The notes under the pieces were generated by a model that saw nothing but the letters and a program-made list of their open reading frames with translations, searched no databases and had not been told where the DNA came from. A program made the position numbers and the translations under genes. From the NCBI GenBank assembly GCA_964533515.1, contig CAZHMB010000001.1, forward strand, positions 8,640 through 72,639: a DNA stretch of 64,000 nt, read 5' to 3'. Below, piece after piece: positions 17,658-26,505 of the stretch (position 1 is the stretch's first letter; every line of letters begins with the position of its first letter). Origin of the DNA: Candidatus Woesearchaeota archaeon. GTDB lineage: Archaea > Nanobdellota > Nanobdellia > Pacearchaeales > GW2011-AR1.

Positions 17658-17716
17658 AATGGCAATTAATAAAATTAAAAATTTTAAATCCCCCATTTTC
17701 AGGGGAACGAAATAAA

Positions 17717-18130
17717 ATGGCGGAATCAAAAAAAATAAAATCCGGAAAGAAAGAATTCGAATACAGAGGAATCTCTCTTGAAGAATTGAAAAAGTTAGAT
17801 GTACGAGAATTTGCAAAGTATGTTAAGTCGAGAAAAAGAAGAACTCTTTTGAGACAATTCAGCGAGATCGAGGATTTTCTTACTAGAGCAAGAAAAAAGA
17901 TCGAAAAGAATAAACCGATTAGAACACATAAAAGACACATCATTATCGTCCCTGAGATGGTTGGAATGAAACTACACGTTCACAATGGAAGAAAATTCGA
18001 GCCTTTCGAGGTTGTTGTTGAAATGCTCGGGCATCGATTTGGAGAATTTTCACTTACAAGATCATTAGTAAAGCACGGCGCTGCAGGTGTTGGTGCAACT
18101 AAAGGAAGTAAAGCTTTGAGTAAAGCATAA
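17717..18130 (+). CDS. rps19: 30S ribosomal protein S19 (uS19)
   Basis: 137 aa. HIIIVPEMVGMKLHVHNGRKFEPFEV..GHRFGEFSLTRS. Confidence 0.9.
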   Translation: MAESKKIKSGKKEFEYRGISLEELKKLDVREFAKYVKSRKRRTLLRQFSEIEDFLTRARKKIEKNKPIRTHKRHIIIVPEMVGMKLHVHNGRKFEPFEVVVEMLGHRFGEFSLTRSLVKHGAAGVGATKGSKALSKA

Positions 18131-18137
18131 AAACAAA

Positions 18138-18737
18138 ATGCCGAATACAGAAAAACCACAAGGAAAAACTGAACAGAAGAAAAATGCAGTTGGACCTGGA
18201 AAAGAAAAGAAAAAAATGCCGACGCCAAAGGCAGGGGATGCTCCTAAAGACAAAAAGGAAGATAAGAAAGTTGAAGAAAAAGATAAAAAGAAAGTTATTA
18301 CCAAACCTAAAGTTCAAAAAACATCTGCTATAGTTGATGCTAAAAGTATTCCGATTTCAAACAAGACCGGAAAGGGAATTTGTAAATTCATAAAAGGCAA
18401 ATCAATTGAGAAAGCTATTGCAGATCTTGAGCAAGTTATATTGTTAAAAAAACCGGTTCCTTTGACTGGAGAAATTCCCCATCGGCACGGGAAAGGAATC
18501 TCAAGTGGGAGATTTCCAATTAACGCAAGCAAGGAGTTCATAGTCTTATTGAAAGGTTTAAGAGGCAATGTTGCAGTTAATGAATTGCAAGACCCAGTAA
18601 TTATCTCGGAAGCGATAATCAATAAAGCTCAAAGACCTTTCGGAAAATTCGGAAGAGTGAAAAGAAAAAGGGCGCACGTGAAATTAATTGCAAGATCAAA
18701 ACTAAATAAAAAGAAAAGCAGTGAGGAGAAAAAATAA
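18138..18737 (+). CDS. rpl22: 50S ribosomal protein L22 (uL22) with ~65-aa K-rich N-terminal extension
   Basis: 199 aa. Core uL22 runs from ISNKTGKGICKFIKGKSIEKAIADLE to the C-terminus. Confidence 0.85.
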   Translation: MPNTEKPQGKTEQKKNAVGPGKEKKKMPTPKAGDAPKDKKEDKKVEEKDKKKVITKPKVQKTSAIVDAKSIPISNKTGKGICKFIKGKSIEKAIADLEQVILLKKPVPLTGEIPHRHGKGISSGRFPINASKEFIVLLKGLRGNVAVNELQDPVIISEAIINKAQRPFGKFGRVKRKRAHVKLIARSKLNKKKSSEEKK

Positions 18738-18738
18738 T

Positions 18739-19428
18739 ATGGAAGAAAGAAATGTTGTAAAATTTAAGAAAGAAGAATTCGCTATGAAGAATTATATCAA
18801 AACTAATTTGGGAAAGGGTAAAGTTAGCAGGGTAAGAATAGAATACACTCCTGTTGGAGAAAAAGTTATTATATCTACAGCAAAACCCGGATTGGTTATC
18901 GGCCGAGGCGGAGAAACAATCAATGAACTAACTCAAGTTTTGAAAAGAGTTTTCCATTTCGAAAATGTTCACATAGAAATCGATGAGATAAAAGTTCAAG
19001 AATTGGATGCGCAGCTCATGGCAGATGAAATTGCCCTGAGTCTTGAGAGATTTGGCCCAATTAGATTTAAAGTTATTGCATATAAAACTTTGCAAAGAAT
19101 CGTTGAAGCTGGAGCTTTGGGAGTAGAACTTCGATTGAATGGAAAACTTCCTAGTTCAAGAGCAAAGTCGTGGAGATTCGCTCAAGGATACCTAAAGAAA
19201 ACTGGGGAAAGCGCGAATGTTGTTGATGTTGCACATTCTACGGCTCAAACAAAACCGGGAACTGTCGGAATCAAAGTTAGTATATTAAGGCCAGATGCAA
19301 AATTGAAGGATAGAATCCCTCTTGATGACGAACTTTTTGAGAAACTTAATAAAAATGTTGAAGGGATGAAAAATGAAGAAACTCCTGCAAAGAAAAAGAA
19401 GAAAACAAAAAGGAAGGCTGAAAAATGA
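18739..19428 (+). CDS. rps3: 30S ribosomal protein S3 (uS3), KH domain, K-rich C-terminal tail
   Basis: KH motif VIGRGGETINEL. The start was moved to MEERN (18739), 2 nt after the L22 stop. Confidence 0.85.
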   Translation: MEERNVVKFKKEEFAMKNYIKTNLGKGKVSRVRIEYTPVGEKVIISTAKPGLVIGRGGETINELTQVLKRVFHFENVHIEIDEIKVQELDAQLMADEIALSLERFGPIRFKVIAYKTLQRIVEAGALGVELRLNGKLPSSRAKSWRFAQGYLKKTGESANVVDVAHSTAQTKPGTVGIKVSILRPDAKLKDRIPLDDELFEKLNKNVEGMKNEETPAKKKKKTKRKAEK

Positions 19429-19595
19429 AAATCGCAGATATAAAAAAAATGGACGCAAAGGAAAGGGAAAAGAAATTTAAAGAATTAGAAATGGAATTGA
19501 TTAAGTCCAATGTAAGTTCAGCTAAAGGTAGCGGAAGTGGGAAGACAAAAGAAATTAAAAAAACTATCGCAAAGATACTCACATTCAATAAATGA
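19425..19595 (+). CDS. rpl29: 50S ribosomal protein L29 (uL29)
   Basis: 56 aa, below the ORF-track cut-off. ATGA overlap with the S3 stop. MKIADIKKMDAKEREKKFKELEMELIK is a typical uL29 helix. Confidence 0.75.
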   Translation: MKIADIKKMDAKEREKKFKELEMELIKSNVSSAKGSGSGKTKEIKKTIAKILTFNK

Positions 19596-19903
19596 ATATG
19601 GAAATATGCCCAAAGTGTGGCTTGCCACAGCAAGCATGTGTTTGTGAACAAATCGCAAAAGGTTCACAAAAGATACAAGTGACAACAGACCGTAAGCGAT
19701 ACGGTAAGATAGTTACTGTTGTTACAGGCTTCGACCAAGGAGTCGACATCAAGCAAACAGCTAAGGACCTGAAAAACAAGCTGGCTTGTGGAGGGACTTT
19801 CTACCCCGAAGGCGGGAAGATTGAACTTCAAGGAGACCACAAAGGAAAGATAAAAGGTCTCTTGGTCGAGATGGGATTCGGCGAAGAATCTATCGAAGCA
19901 TGA
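19592..19903 (+). CDS. sui1: translation initiation factor aSUI1 (eIF1 homologue) with N-terminal CxxC..CxC zinc ribbon
   Basis: 103 aa. CPKCG...CVCEQ, then SUI1 fold KIVTVVTGF...LACGGTF..IELQGDH. Sits at its conserved position after L29. Confidence 0.8.
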   Translation: MNMEICPKCGLPQQACVCEQIAKGSQKIQVTTDRKRYGKIVTVVTGFDQGVDIKQTAKDLKNKLACGGTFYPEGGKIELQGDHKGKIKGLLVEMGFGEESIEA

Positions 19904-19988
19904 AAAGAATTTCCTTCAGGAAATTCTTATACATTACCCCCTTCGCCGCACCCAGGCTCAGAGGGTAATAAACACACACAAAAACAAA

Positions 19989-20381
19989 ATGGAAAAGAAA
20001 AAAACAGGAGCAAAAGTGGAAAAGAAAGAAAACACAAAGGTAGCTAAAGCTGAAATGAAAAAATGCGAAGATCCTAAATGTCCTTTCCACGGAAATTTGA
20101 AAGCGCGAGGAAGAATCTTCCAAGGAAAAGTTATTAGAAAACATCCAAAGAAAATAACAATTGAATTTGATAGAGATGTTTACGTGAAAAAATATGAAAG
20201 ATTCTCAAAATCAAGGACCAAAATTCACGCAAGACTTCCAGACTGTATGGCAGACCAGATTAATATTGGAGACCACATCAAGATACAAGAATGTCGTCCA
20301 TTAAGTAAGATTATACATTTTGTAGTTATTGAAAAAGTTAAAGACGCTGAAAAAGTAAATACTGGCGAGGATAAACAATGA
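19989..20381 (+). CDS. rps17: 30S ribosomal protein S17 (uS17)
   Basis: 130 aa. CEDPKCPFHGNLKARGRIFQGKVIRKHPKKITIEFDR is the uS17 OB fold. K-rich N-terminal extension. Confidence 0.85.
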   Translation: MEKKKTGAKVEKKENTKVAKAEMKKCEDPKCPFHGNLKARGRIFQGKVIRKHPKKITIEFDRDVYVKKYERFSKSRTKIHARLPDCMADQINIGDHIKIQECRPLSKIIHFVVIEKVKDAEKVNTGEDKQ

Positions 20382-20779
20382 AAGCAGTAAGTGCAAGAAC
20401 AACAGCTGGATTAAATATCGGGGCTAAGATGGTCTCAAGTGATAATAGTGGGGCTAAGATAGTAAAAATAACTGGAATTAAAAAAGGTAAGGGAAAGAAA
20501 GGCCAACAAAATCGTGCGAAGATTGGCGATTGGGTTAAAGTCTCTGTGAAGAAAGGAATTCCAGATATGAAAGGGAAAGTTTTTGATGCGGTTGTTATAA
20601 GACAGAAAAAATCTTTCAGAAGATTGACTGGAGAAAGAATAGCCTTCCAGGATAATGCTGTGGCTATATTGAAAGACGAAAAAGGTAATCCGAAAGGAAC
20701 ACAAATTAAAGGAGCAATCGCGAGAGAGATCATGGAAAGATGGCCTCAAGTTGCAAAGATTGCATCAATAGTATACTAA
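20378..20779 (+). CDS. rpl14: 50S ribosomal protein L14 (uL14)
   Basis: 133 aa. AKMVSSDNSGAKIVKITGIKKG...GDWVKVSVKKG. ATGA overlap with S17. Confidence 0.9.
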   Translation: MKAVSARTTAGLNIGAKMVSSDNSGAKIVKITGIKKGKGKKGQQNRAKIGDWVKVSVKKGIPDMKGKVFDAVVIRQKKSFRRLTGERIAFQDNAVAILKDEKGNPKGTQIKGAIAREIMERWPQVAKIASIVY

Positions 20780-20780
20780 A

Positions 20781-20966
20781 ATGAATAGAGCATATCAACT
20801 ACTAAAATTGGCAGGGTCCGCTTTAAATAGGGAAGCTTATGGATTAGCAAGAAAGTTATTTTTAGAATCTCGGGAACTGGATACGCTCGGGGTTTCTCGT
20901 CTTGCAACAACCCAAGGATTAGAGTGGGTTGAAAATGAATTAAAACAACGATCATCCACAGCATAA
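20781..20966 (+). CDS. 61-aa R/L-rich hypothetical ORF inserted between rpl14 and rpl24
   Basis: Fills a 188-nt gap between genes that are normally adjacent. Composition is atypical for the region: GC-richer and Arg- rather than Lys-rich. Confidence 0.3.
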   Translation: MNRAYQLLKLAGSALNREAYGLARKLFLESRELDTLGVSRLATTQGLEWVENELKQRSSTA

Positions 20967-20967
20967 A

Positions 20968-21396
20968 ATGAAAAAGAAATTTTCAAAACACTGGAAAGCG
21001 AGTAAACAACCTCGGAAACAGAGGAAATATCTAGCTAATGCCCCATTACATATTAAAAGAAAGTTCCTTAGTGTGAACCTTGTAAAAACTCTCAGAGAAA
21101 AACACAAAACGAGAAACGTTCCAGTTAGAAAAGGTGACAAGGTTAAAGTTATGCGTGGAAGTTACAAAGGAAAATCTGGAAAGGTTGTTGAAGTTAAAAT
21201 AAAGCTGGGGAAAATTTATATGGAAAATGTTCAAAGGAAAAAACTTGATGGTTCAAGTGTGAATGTTCCTATTAAAGCTTCAAACTTGCAGATACTAGAA
21301 CTGAACACTGAGGATAAAAAAAGAAAATTGGGGAAAAGGGAAGAAGTTAAAAAGGAAACCCAAAAGGAATTAAATAAGGAAATTAAGAAGAAATAA
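20968..21396 (+). CDS. rpl24: 50S ribosomal protein L24 (uL24, KOW)
   Basis: 142 aa. VRKGDKVKVMRGSYKGKSGKVVEV is the KOW motif. K-rich C-terminal tail. Confidence 0.85.
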   Translation: MKKKFSKHWKASKQPRKQRKYLANAPLHIKRKFLSVNLVKTLREKHKTRNVPVRKGDKVKVMRGSYKGKSGKVVEVKIKLGKIYMENVQRKKLDGSSVNVPIKASNLQILELNTEDKKRKLGKREEVKKETQKELNKEIKKK

Positions 21397-21397
21397 A

Positions 21398-22054
21398 ATG
21401 GCACATTTAAAAAGACAAAAAGTTCCGAAAATCTGGCCGCTTCATAGAAAGGGTAATACTTTTGTAGTTAGGCCCAAAGGGAGCATCGAGAAAGGAATTC
21501 CTTTGCTTGTTGGTTTAAGAGATATGCTGGTGGTTGCGAAGACTAAAAAGGAAGTTAAGAAAGCGATTTCTGAAGGAAATATTTTGATAAATAAAAGAAA
21601 AGCAAGAGACGTGCGGGAAGCTCTAACTCTCTTCGATAATGTCAGTTTGGTTCCTGTGAAAAAATCATATAAATTAGTTATTTTAGAATCTGGAAGATTT
21701 GGTTTTGAAGAGATCAAAGATGCCGAGGCCGGTAAAAAGATTGCTAAGGTCATTGATAAAAAGATCTTGAAAGGGAAAAAAATCCAGATTAATTTGGAAG
21801 ATGGAAGAAACTATCTCCTGGATTCAAAAGAAAAATATAACATCGGAGATTCTGCTGTGATTGATGTTGAAAAAAAGAAAATTGAAGAATATCTTCCTAT
21901 GGATAAAGGCTCAAAAGTCTTGGTCTTTGAGGGAAAACATACCGGCAAAACAGGAGAGATAAAAGCCATAGAAAAAGATAGAAAAATGGTAATGGTAAAA
22001 ATAGCAGAAAAGGAAGTTGAAGTCTTAATTAAACAGGTTATAGTTATAAAATAA
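21398..22054 (+). CDS. rps4e: 30S ribosomal protein S4e
   Basis: 218 aa. MAHLKRQKVPKIWPLHRKGNTFVVRPKG is the eS4 N-terminus. Confidence 0.85.
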   Translation: MAHLKRQKVPKIWPLHRKGNTFVVRPKGSIEKGIPLLVGLRDMLVVAKTKKEVKKAISEGNILINKRKARDVREALTLFDNVSLVPVKKSYKLVILESGRFGFEEIKDAEAGKKIAKVIDKKILKGKKIQINLEDGRNYLLDSKEKYNIGDSAVIDVEKKKIEEYLPMDKGSKVLVFEGKHTGKTGEIKAIEKDRKMVMVKIAEKEVEVLIKQVIVIK

Positions 22055-22055
22055 A

Positions 22056-22589
22056 ATGGCTGAAGAAATAAAGAAATCCGCAAAAGAAATCAAAGAAAAT
22101 ATTATGAGAACAATAAAGATAGATAAAGTTGTATTAAGCATGGGTGCTAACGGAGAAGAGTTGGACAAGGCTGTTGCCTTACTTAAATTGATAACAAATA
22201 GGACTCCGATGAAAACGAGATCAACAAAAAGGATTCCTTCTCTTGGAGTTAGGCCAGGGCTTGAAATTGGGGCTGTTGTAACAATAAGGAAGGATCCCGA
22301 GGATATTTTGCGTAAATTGTTAGGTGCTAAAGATAATCTCCTGAAAGAAAAGCAAATTGTTGCAGACCATTTTTCATTTGGAATCGCAGAGTATATCGAG
22401 ATTGCCGGAATGGAATATCAAAGAGATATTGGAATCATGGGATTAGATGTAACAGTCGTTTTCAAAAGAAGTGGGAGAAGAGTAAAACTCAAAAAGATAA
22501 AGCGTGGGAAATTTTCAAAGAGGCAATCTGTCTCTAAAGAAGAAATAATTAAATTTATGGAAGACAATTTCGAAACGGAGTTCGCTTAA
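22056..22589 (+). CDS. rpl5: 50S ribosomal protein L5 (uL5)
   Basis: 177 aa. RTIKIDKVVLSMGANGE...GMEYQRDIGIMGLDVTV. Confidence 0.85.
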   Translation: MAEEIKKSAKEIKENIMRTIKIDKVVLSMGANGEELDKAVALLKLITNRTPMKTRSTKRIPSLGVRPGLEIGAVVTIRKDPEDILRKLLGAKDNLLKEKQIVADHFSFGIAEYIEIAGMEYQRDIGIMGLDVTVVFKRSGRRVKLKKIKRGKFSKRQSVSKEEIIKFMEDNFETEFA

Positions 22590-22590
22590 A

Positions 22591-22821
22591 ATGACTGCAA
22601 GTGATTGGAAAAAGATTTTGAAGCAACTTGGGAAGAAGCCAGCGATAAGAGAGAAGTTTTTGAAGCATTGCAGACCAAAGAAAAGAAAGTTCGGTGTGGC
22701 TGCTCAAAAATGCGAACGGTGCGGAAGATTCGGGGCGCGTGTTTCAAGTTACGGATTAAATTTATGCCGTCATTGTTTCAGAGAAATCGCTGAAGAGATT
22801 GGATTTAAAAAATATTCATAA
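22591..22821 (+). CDS. rps14: 30S ribosomal protein S14 type Z (zinc-binding)
   Basis: 76 aa. CERCGRFGARVSSYGLNLCRHCFRE (Cx2C...Cx2C). Confidence 0.85.
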   Translation: MTASDWKKILKQLGKKPAIREKFLKHCRPKKRKFGVAAQKCERCGRFGARVSSYGLNLCRHCFREIAEEIGFKKYS

Positions 22822-22844
22822 TTAAATAAGGAGAAAAAATAAAA

Positions 22845-23225
22845 ATGTCACATGATGTCGTTGCTGATGGGTTGAATATGATAAAAAATGCCAACAGAGC
22901 TAGAAAGGAATCTGTAAAAATTACCCTCATCTCAAACTTACTTATAGAAGTCTTGAAGATTATGAAACAGAAAGGTGCTGTTAAAAGATATAAAATAAAT
23001 CCCCAGGAAAAATCTGTAGAAGTTGTAATCGGTGATTTGAAAGATTGTAAATCGGTGAAACCAAGATTTAAAGTTAGCAAAGAACAAATTGAAAATTACA
23101 GAAGAAGATATCTTCCTGCAAGAAACCTTGGGACTTTGGTAGTCTCAACAAGTAAAGGTTTGATGACGCACGAAGAAGCTCAACAAGAAAATATCGGGGG
23201 ATGCTTAATAGCTTACTTTTACTGA
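22845..23225 (+). CDS. rps8: 30S ribosomal protein S8 (uS8)
   Basis: 126 aa. MSHDVVADGLNMIKNANRARKESVKI. Confidence 0.85.
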   Translation: MSHDVVADGLNMIKNANRARKESVKITLISNLLIEVLKIMKQKGAVKRYKINPQEKSVEVVIGDLKDCKSVKPRFKVSKEQIENYRRRYLPARNLGTLVVSTSKGLMTHEEAQQENIGGCLIAYFY

Positions 23226-23276
23226 TGAAAAAATTAAAAATTTTATGCATTTTCCAAAAGGGAGATTTTTTATAAA

Positions 23277-23819
23277 ATGAAACAGAAATTATTCACAGAA
23301 GTTGAAATTCCTGGAGGCGTTGAAGTTTCTATAGAAGGAAATCTTGTAAGTGTTAAAGGCCCTGAAGGGGAAAACAAGAAAGAATTTAATTTCGGAAAGT
23401 TAAAGATTGAGAAAAAAGATTCAAAAATAGAAATTGGCTGTGATAGGGCCACAAAACGAGAAAAGAAAATGATGAATACTATTATTGCACACCTAAAAAA
23501 TATGTTTGGAGGGGTTCAGGAAAAGTATGAATACAAATTGAAAATATGCTTCAACCATTTTCCTATTACCGTAAAAGCCGAGGGCAAAAAAATTGGTATA
23601 AGCAATTTCTTGGGAGAGAAAGTCGCGAGAGAATCAACAATTAATGAGAATGCTGAAGTTGACATTCAAAAAGAAATCATAATCGTCACCTCTGTTGATA
23701 AAGAGGCCGCAGGCCAAACAGCTGCAAATTTGGAGATTGCCACTAAAATCCGCGGTAAAGATAGAAGGGTCTTTCAGGATGGTATTTTCATAACACACAA
23801 ACCTTCGGGGGAAATATAA
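23277..23819 (+). CDS. rpl6: 50S ribosomal protein L6 (uL6)
   Basis: 180 aa with the two-domain uL6 pattern. VEVSIEGNLVSVKGPEGE. Confidence 0.85.
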   Translation: MKQKLFTEVEIPGGVEVSIEGNLVSVKGPEGENKKEFNFGKLKIEKKDSKIEIGCDRATKREKKMMNTIIAHLKNMFGGVQEKYEYKLKICFNHFPITVKAEGKKIGISNFLGEKVARESTINENAEVDIQKEIIIVTSVDKEAAGQTAANLEIATKIRGKDRRVFQDGIFITHKPSGEI

Positions 23820-23820
23820 A

Positions 23821-24216
23821 ATGGCTAGAATAAAATTTTTACGTAGAGATATTAAATTGAAGAAATTCAAGAGAAAGAAAAATCAGAAATGGAATGCACC
23901 GAAAGGAAGACATAACAAAATGAAGGACAAGCAAAAAGGTAAACCAAGAGTTGTAAGTATTGGATATGGTAATTCAAAAGATAAACGTGGAAAGGTTGAT
24001 GGAAAAGAACTTTTTATGATTAAGAATGTTTCTGATCTGGGAAAGATTGGAACAGGGCAAGTTGGATTCATCGGGAAAGTTGGTGGAAAGAAAAAATTAG
24101 AGATTGTTAAAGAAGCGGAGAAGCAAGGAATAAAATTGAAGAACTCAAAGATAAATAAAAACTTGAAAATTCCGGAAGTGAAAAAGGAAGAAAAAGTTAA
24201 AGGAGATAAAAAATGA
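23821..24216 (+). CDS. rpl32e: 50S ribosomal protein L32e
   Basis: 131 aa. RRDIKLKKFKRKKNQKWNAPKGRHNKMKDKQKG. K-rich tail. Confidence 0.8.
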   Translation: MARIKFLRRDIKLKKFKRKKNQKWNAPKGRHNKMKDKQKGKPRVVSIGYGNSKDKRGKVDGKELFMIKNVSDLGKIGTGQVGFIGKVGGKKKLEIVKEAEKQGIKLKNSKINKNLKIPEVKKEEKVKGDKK

Positions 24217-24623
24217 ATTTGCGTAAAAAACGAGAACTAGCTGCAAGAACTCTTGGTGTTGGAAAAGAAAAACTTGTTTTTACTAGATCGAGACTTGAAG
24301 AAATTAAAGAAGCTATTACGAAACAGGACATAAAAGATCTTGTCCAGGAAGGGGCTATAAGAATTAAGCCGCCTAAGGGCCGTAGAAAAACTGTGAAGAG
24401 AAAGAGAAGAAGGGGACCCGGAAAGATTAAAAAGACAGTAAGGAACAGAAAAAAAGGGTATGTTATAATAACGAGAAAATTAAGAAGTTATGCTAAAGAA
24501 ATGGAAAACCAGGGACTTGTGTCAAGAGAACAAGTTAGAGAAATTCGGAAAAATATTCGGAACAGGGGATTCAAGACTAAAGCACATTTGAAAGAACACA
24601 TAGGCGGATTGAATAAACAATGA
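24213..24623 (+). CDS. rpl19e: 50S ribosomal protein L19e
   Basis: 136 aa. MNLRKKRELAARTLGVGKEKLVF...IRIKPPKGRRK. Confidence 0.85.
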   Translation: MNLRKKRELAARTLGVGKEKLVFTRSRLEEIKEAITKQDIKDLVQEGAIRIKPPKGRRKTVKRKRRRGPGKIKKTVRNRKKGYVIITRKLRSYAKEMENQGLVSREQVREIRKNIRNRGFKTKAHLKEHIGGLNKQ

Positions 24624-24675
24624 AAAGCAATAAAATTGAAAATTTTGGGCTTTCCATTTTAAAACACAAAAGAAA

Positions 24676-25170
24676 ATGAAAAGAATACAAAAACGAAGAA
24701 GACGAGAAAATAGGACCGGCTATAAGAAAAGATTAGATCTTTTGAAGAGCGAGAGGCCTAGAGTAGTTTTTAGGCTTACAAACAAGCAAGCTATTTCGCA
24801 GTATGTGACAAGTTCTAATGCGCAAGATAAAGTTGAGATTTCTTTAAACTCTCAAGAGCTTATGAAGTATGGGTGGCCAAAAGAATTTGCAGGTAGTTTG
24901 AAATCAATTACTGCTTGCTATCTAACAGGATACTTGATGGGAAAGAAGATATTGAAAGAAAATCCTATTTTGGATTTCGGGATGTTGAGAATGTTGCACA
25001 AGGCAAGGCCGTATGCTTTTATTAAAGGTTTAATAGATGCTGGAGTAAAGATCCCCTGTAAAGAAGAAGCTTTTCCTGAAGAAGAAAGAATAAAAGGTAA
25101 AAGTATGAAAAAAGATTTTTCGGCGGAGTTTGAAAAAATTAAATCAGAGATAGATTCAAAAGAAAAATAA
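24676..25170 (+). CDS. rpl18: 50S ribosomal protein L18 (uL18)
   Basis: 164 aa. RRRRENRTGYKKRLDLLKSERPRVVFRLTNKQ. Confidence 0.8.
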   Translation: MKRIQKRRRRENRTGYKKRLDLLKSERPRVVFRLTNKQAISQYVTSSNAQDKVEISLNSQELMKYGWPKEFAGSLKSITACYLTGYLMGKKILKENPILDFGMLRMLHKARPYAFIKGLIDAGVKIPCKEEAFPEEERIKGKSMKKDFSAEFEKIKSEIDSKEK

Positions 25171-25171
25171 A

Positions 25172-26131
25172 ATGACAGAAAAAACAAATAAACCTGAAGA
25201 AGAATTAAAGAAAACTGTAGAAGCTCAAGGAACTGTTTCTGAAAAAGCTGTAGCTGAAAAAGCGAAAGATGCTGAGAAGGTAAGTGAGGAAATGATCAAA
25301 ACTGAGAACGAGAAAGAAGAAGTTGAAACTGAAGCAGAAAAGAAAAAGAAGATTGCAGAAAAAGAAGTGAAGGAAAAAGTTGATGAGAAATCAGATAATG
25401 TTAGAGGGAAACCTTTCAAAAGAAAAAGCAGAGAAGAGCGGGACGCTGAAGATCGTCAACAGCATTTATTGAAATGGGATCCGAAAACAAAACTTGGAAG
25501 AGACGTGAAAGAAGGAAAGGTAAAAGATTTTGATCAAATTTTGGAAGAGAAGAAAAAGATTCTTGAGGATGAAGTTATTGATCTTTTATTGAATGTTAAA
25601 TCTGATTTAATCTCTGTTGGACAATCGAAAGGAAAGTTCGGCGGCGGTAAAAGAAGGGCTTGGAGACAAACCCAGAAAAAAACTAAAGAGGGAAATGTTC
25701 CAACTTTTTCAGCTTATGCTGTTGCAGGCGATGGTGAAGGGCATATTGGGGTTGGACAAGGAGAAGCCCAAGAAACTCTCCCCGCCAGAGATAAAGCAAT
25801 AAGAAAAGCTAAGCTAAATATTAAAAAAATAAATCGGGGATGCGCATCTTTTGATTGTTCATGTTCAGAGCCGCACACTGTTCCTTTTAAAGTTACAGGA
25901 AAATGTGGAAGTGTTAAGCTTACATTAATTCCGGCACCGCAAGGAACAGGGTTGGTTGTTGGTGGAGAGTTAAAAAAGATTTTGCAACTTGCAGGAATAA
26001 AAGATATTTATTCTAAGTCCGAGGGTAAAACAAGAACAACCTTTAATTTGATTAAGGCATGTATGAATGCTCTTGAGAAAACGAATGACGACAATTTAAA
26101 GATTAAAAAGGTAGATGGGGGCGAAGAATAA
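25172..26131 (+). CDS. rps5: 30S ribosomal protein S5 (uS5) with ~85-aa acidic/K-rich N-terminal extension
   Basis: 319 aa. The core starts at WDPKTKLGRDVKEGKV. dsRBD-like and S5 C-terminal domain motifs GVGQGEAQE...VPFKVTGKCGSVKL. Confidence 0.85.
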   Translation: MTEKTNKPEEELKKTVEAQGTVSEKAVAEKAKDAEKVSEEMIKTENEKEEVETEAEKKKKIAEKEVKEKVDEKSDNVRGKPFKRKSREERDAEDRQQHLLKWDPKTKLGRDVKEGKVKDFDQILEEKKKILEDEVIDLLLNVKSDLISVGQSKGKFGGGKRRAWRQTQKKTKEGNVPTFSAYAVAGDGEGHIGVGQGEAQETLPARDKAIRKAKLNIKKINRGCASFDCSCSEPHTVPFKVTGKCGSVKLTLIPAPQGTGLVVGGELKKILQLAGIKDIYSKSEGKTRTTFNLIKACMNALEKTNDDNLKIKKVDGGEE

Positions 26132-26132
26132 A

Positions 26133-26504
26133 ATGGTTGACAAAATTGCAGTAATAAGAATCGCTGGGCAAGTGAATTTGAGGGATGAGACTAAAGAAAC
26201 TCTCAAAAGATTGAGATTAAAAAAGAAATATACCTGTTTGATTATTCCGGGGGATCACGATGAGCTTTTAGGAATGATAAAAAATGTAAAAGACAGAGTT
26301 GCGTTTGGAAGAATTAATGAAGAAACATTGAAAAAACTTGAGGAAGCTCGAGGGAATACTAAAACGCAGAATAAGACTAAGACCCTTTCTGTTTACAGAT
26401 TGCACCCTCCAAGAGGCGGAATCGAAACAAAGCATCATTTTCCCAAAGGAGTTCTAGGAAACAACAAGGAAGAGATAAATAAATTGATCGAGAGGATGTT
26501 GTAG
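26133..26504 (+). CDS. rpl30: 50S ribosomal protein L30 (uL30)
   Basis: Start moved to MVDKIAVIRIAG (26133), 2 nt after the S5 stop. uL30 fold. Confidence 0.8.
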   Translation: MVDKIAVIRIAGQVNLRDETKETLKRLRLKKKYTCLIIPGDHDELLGMIKNVKDRVAFGRINEETLKKLEEARGNTKTQNKTKTLSVYRLHPPRGGIETKHHFPKGVLGNNKEEINKLIERML

Positions 26505-26505
26505 G

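Noticed and set aside
17177-21753. Multiple antisense ORFs inside ribosomal protein genes (e.g. 17177..17446, 18314..18622, 20338..20733, 21442..21753).
   Set aside because: They lie opposite strongly supported r-protein genes and have no motifs. Typical shadow ORFs in AT-rich DNA.
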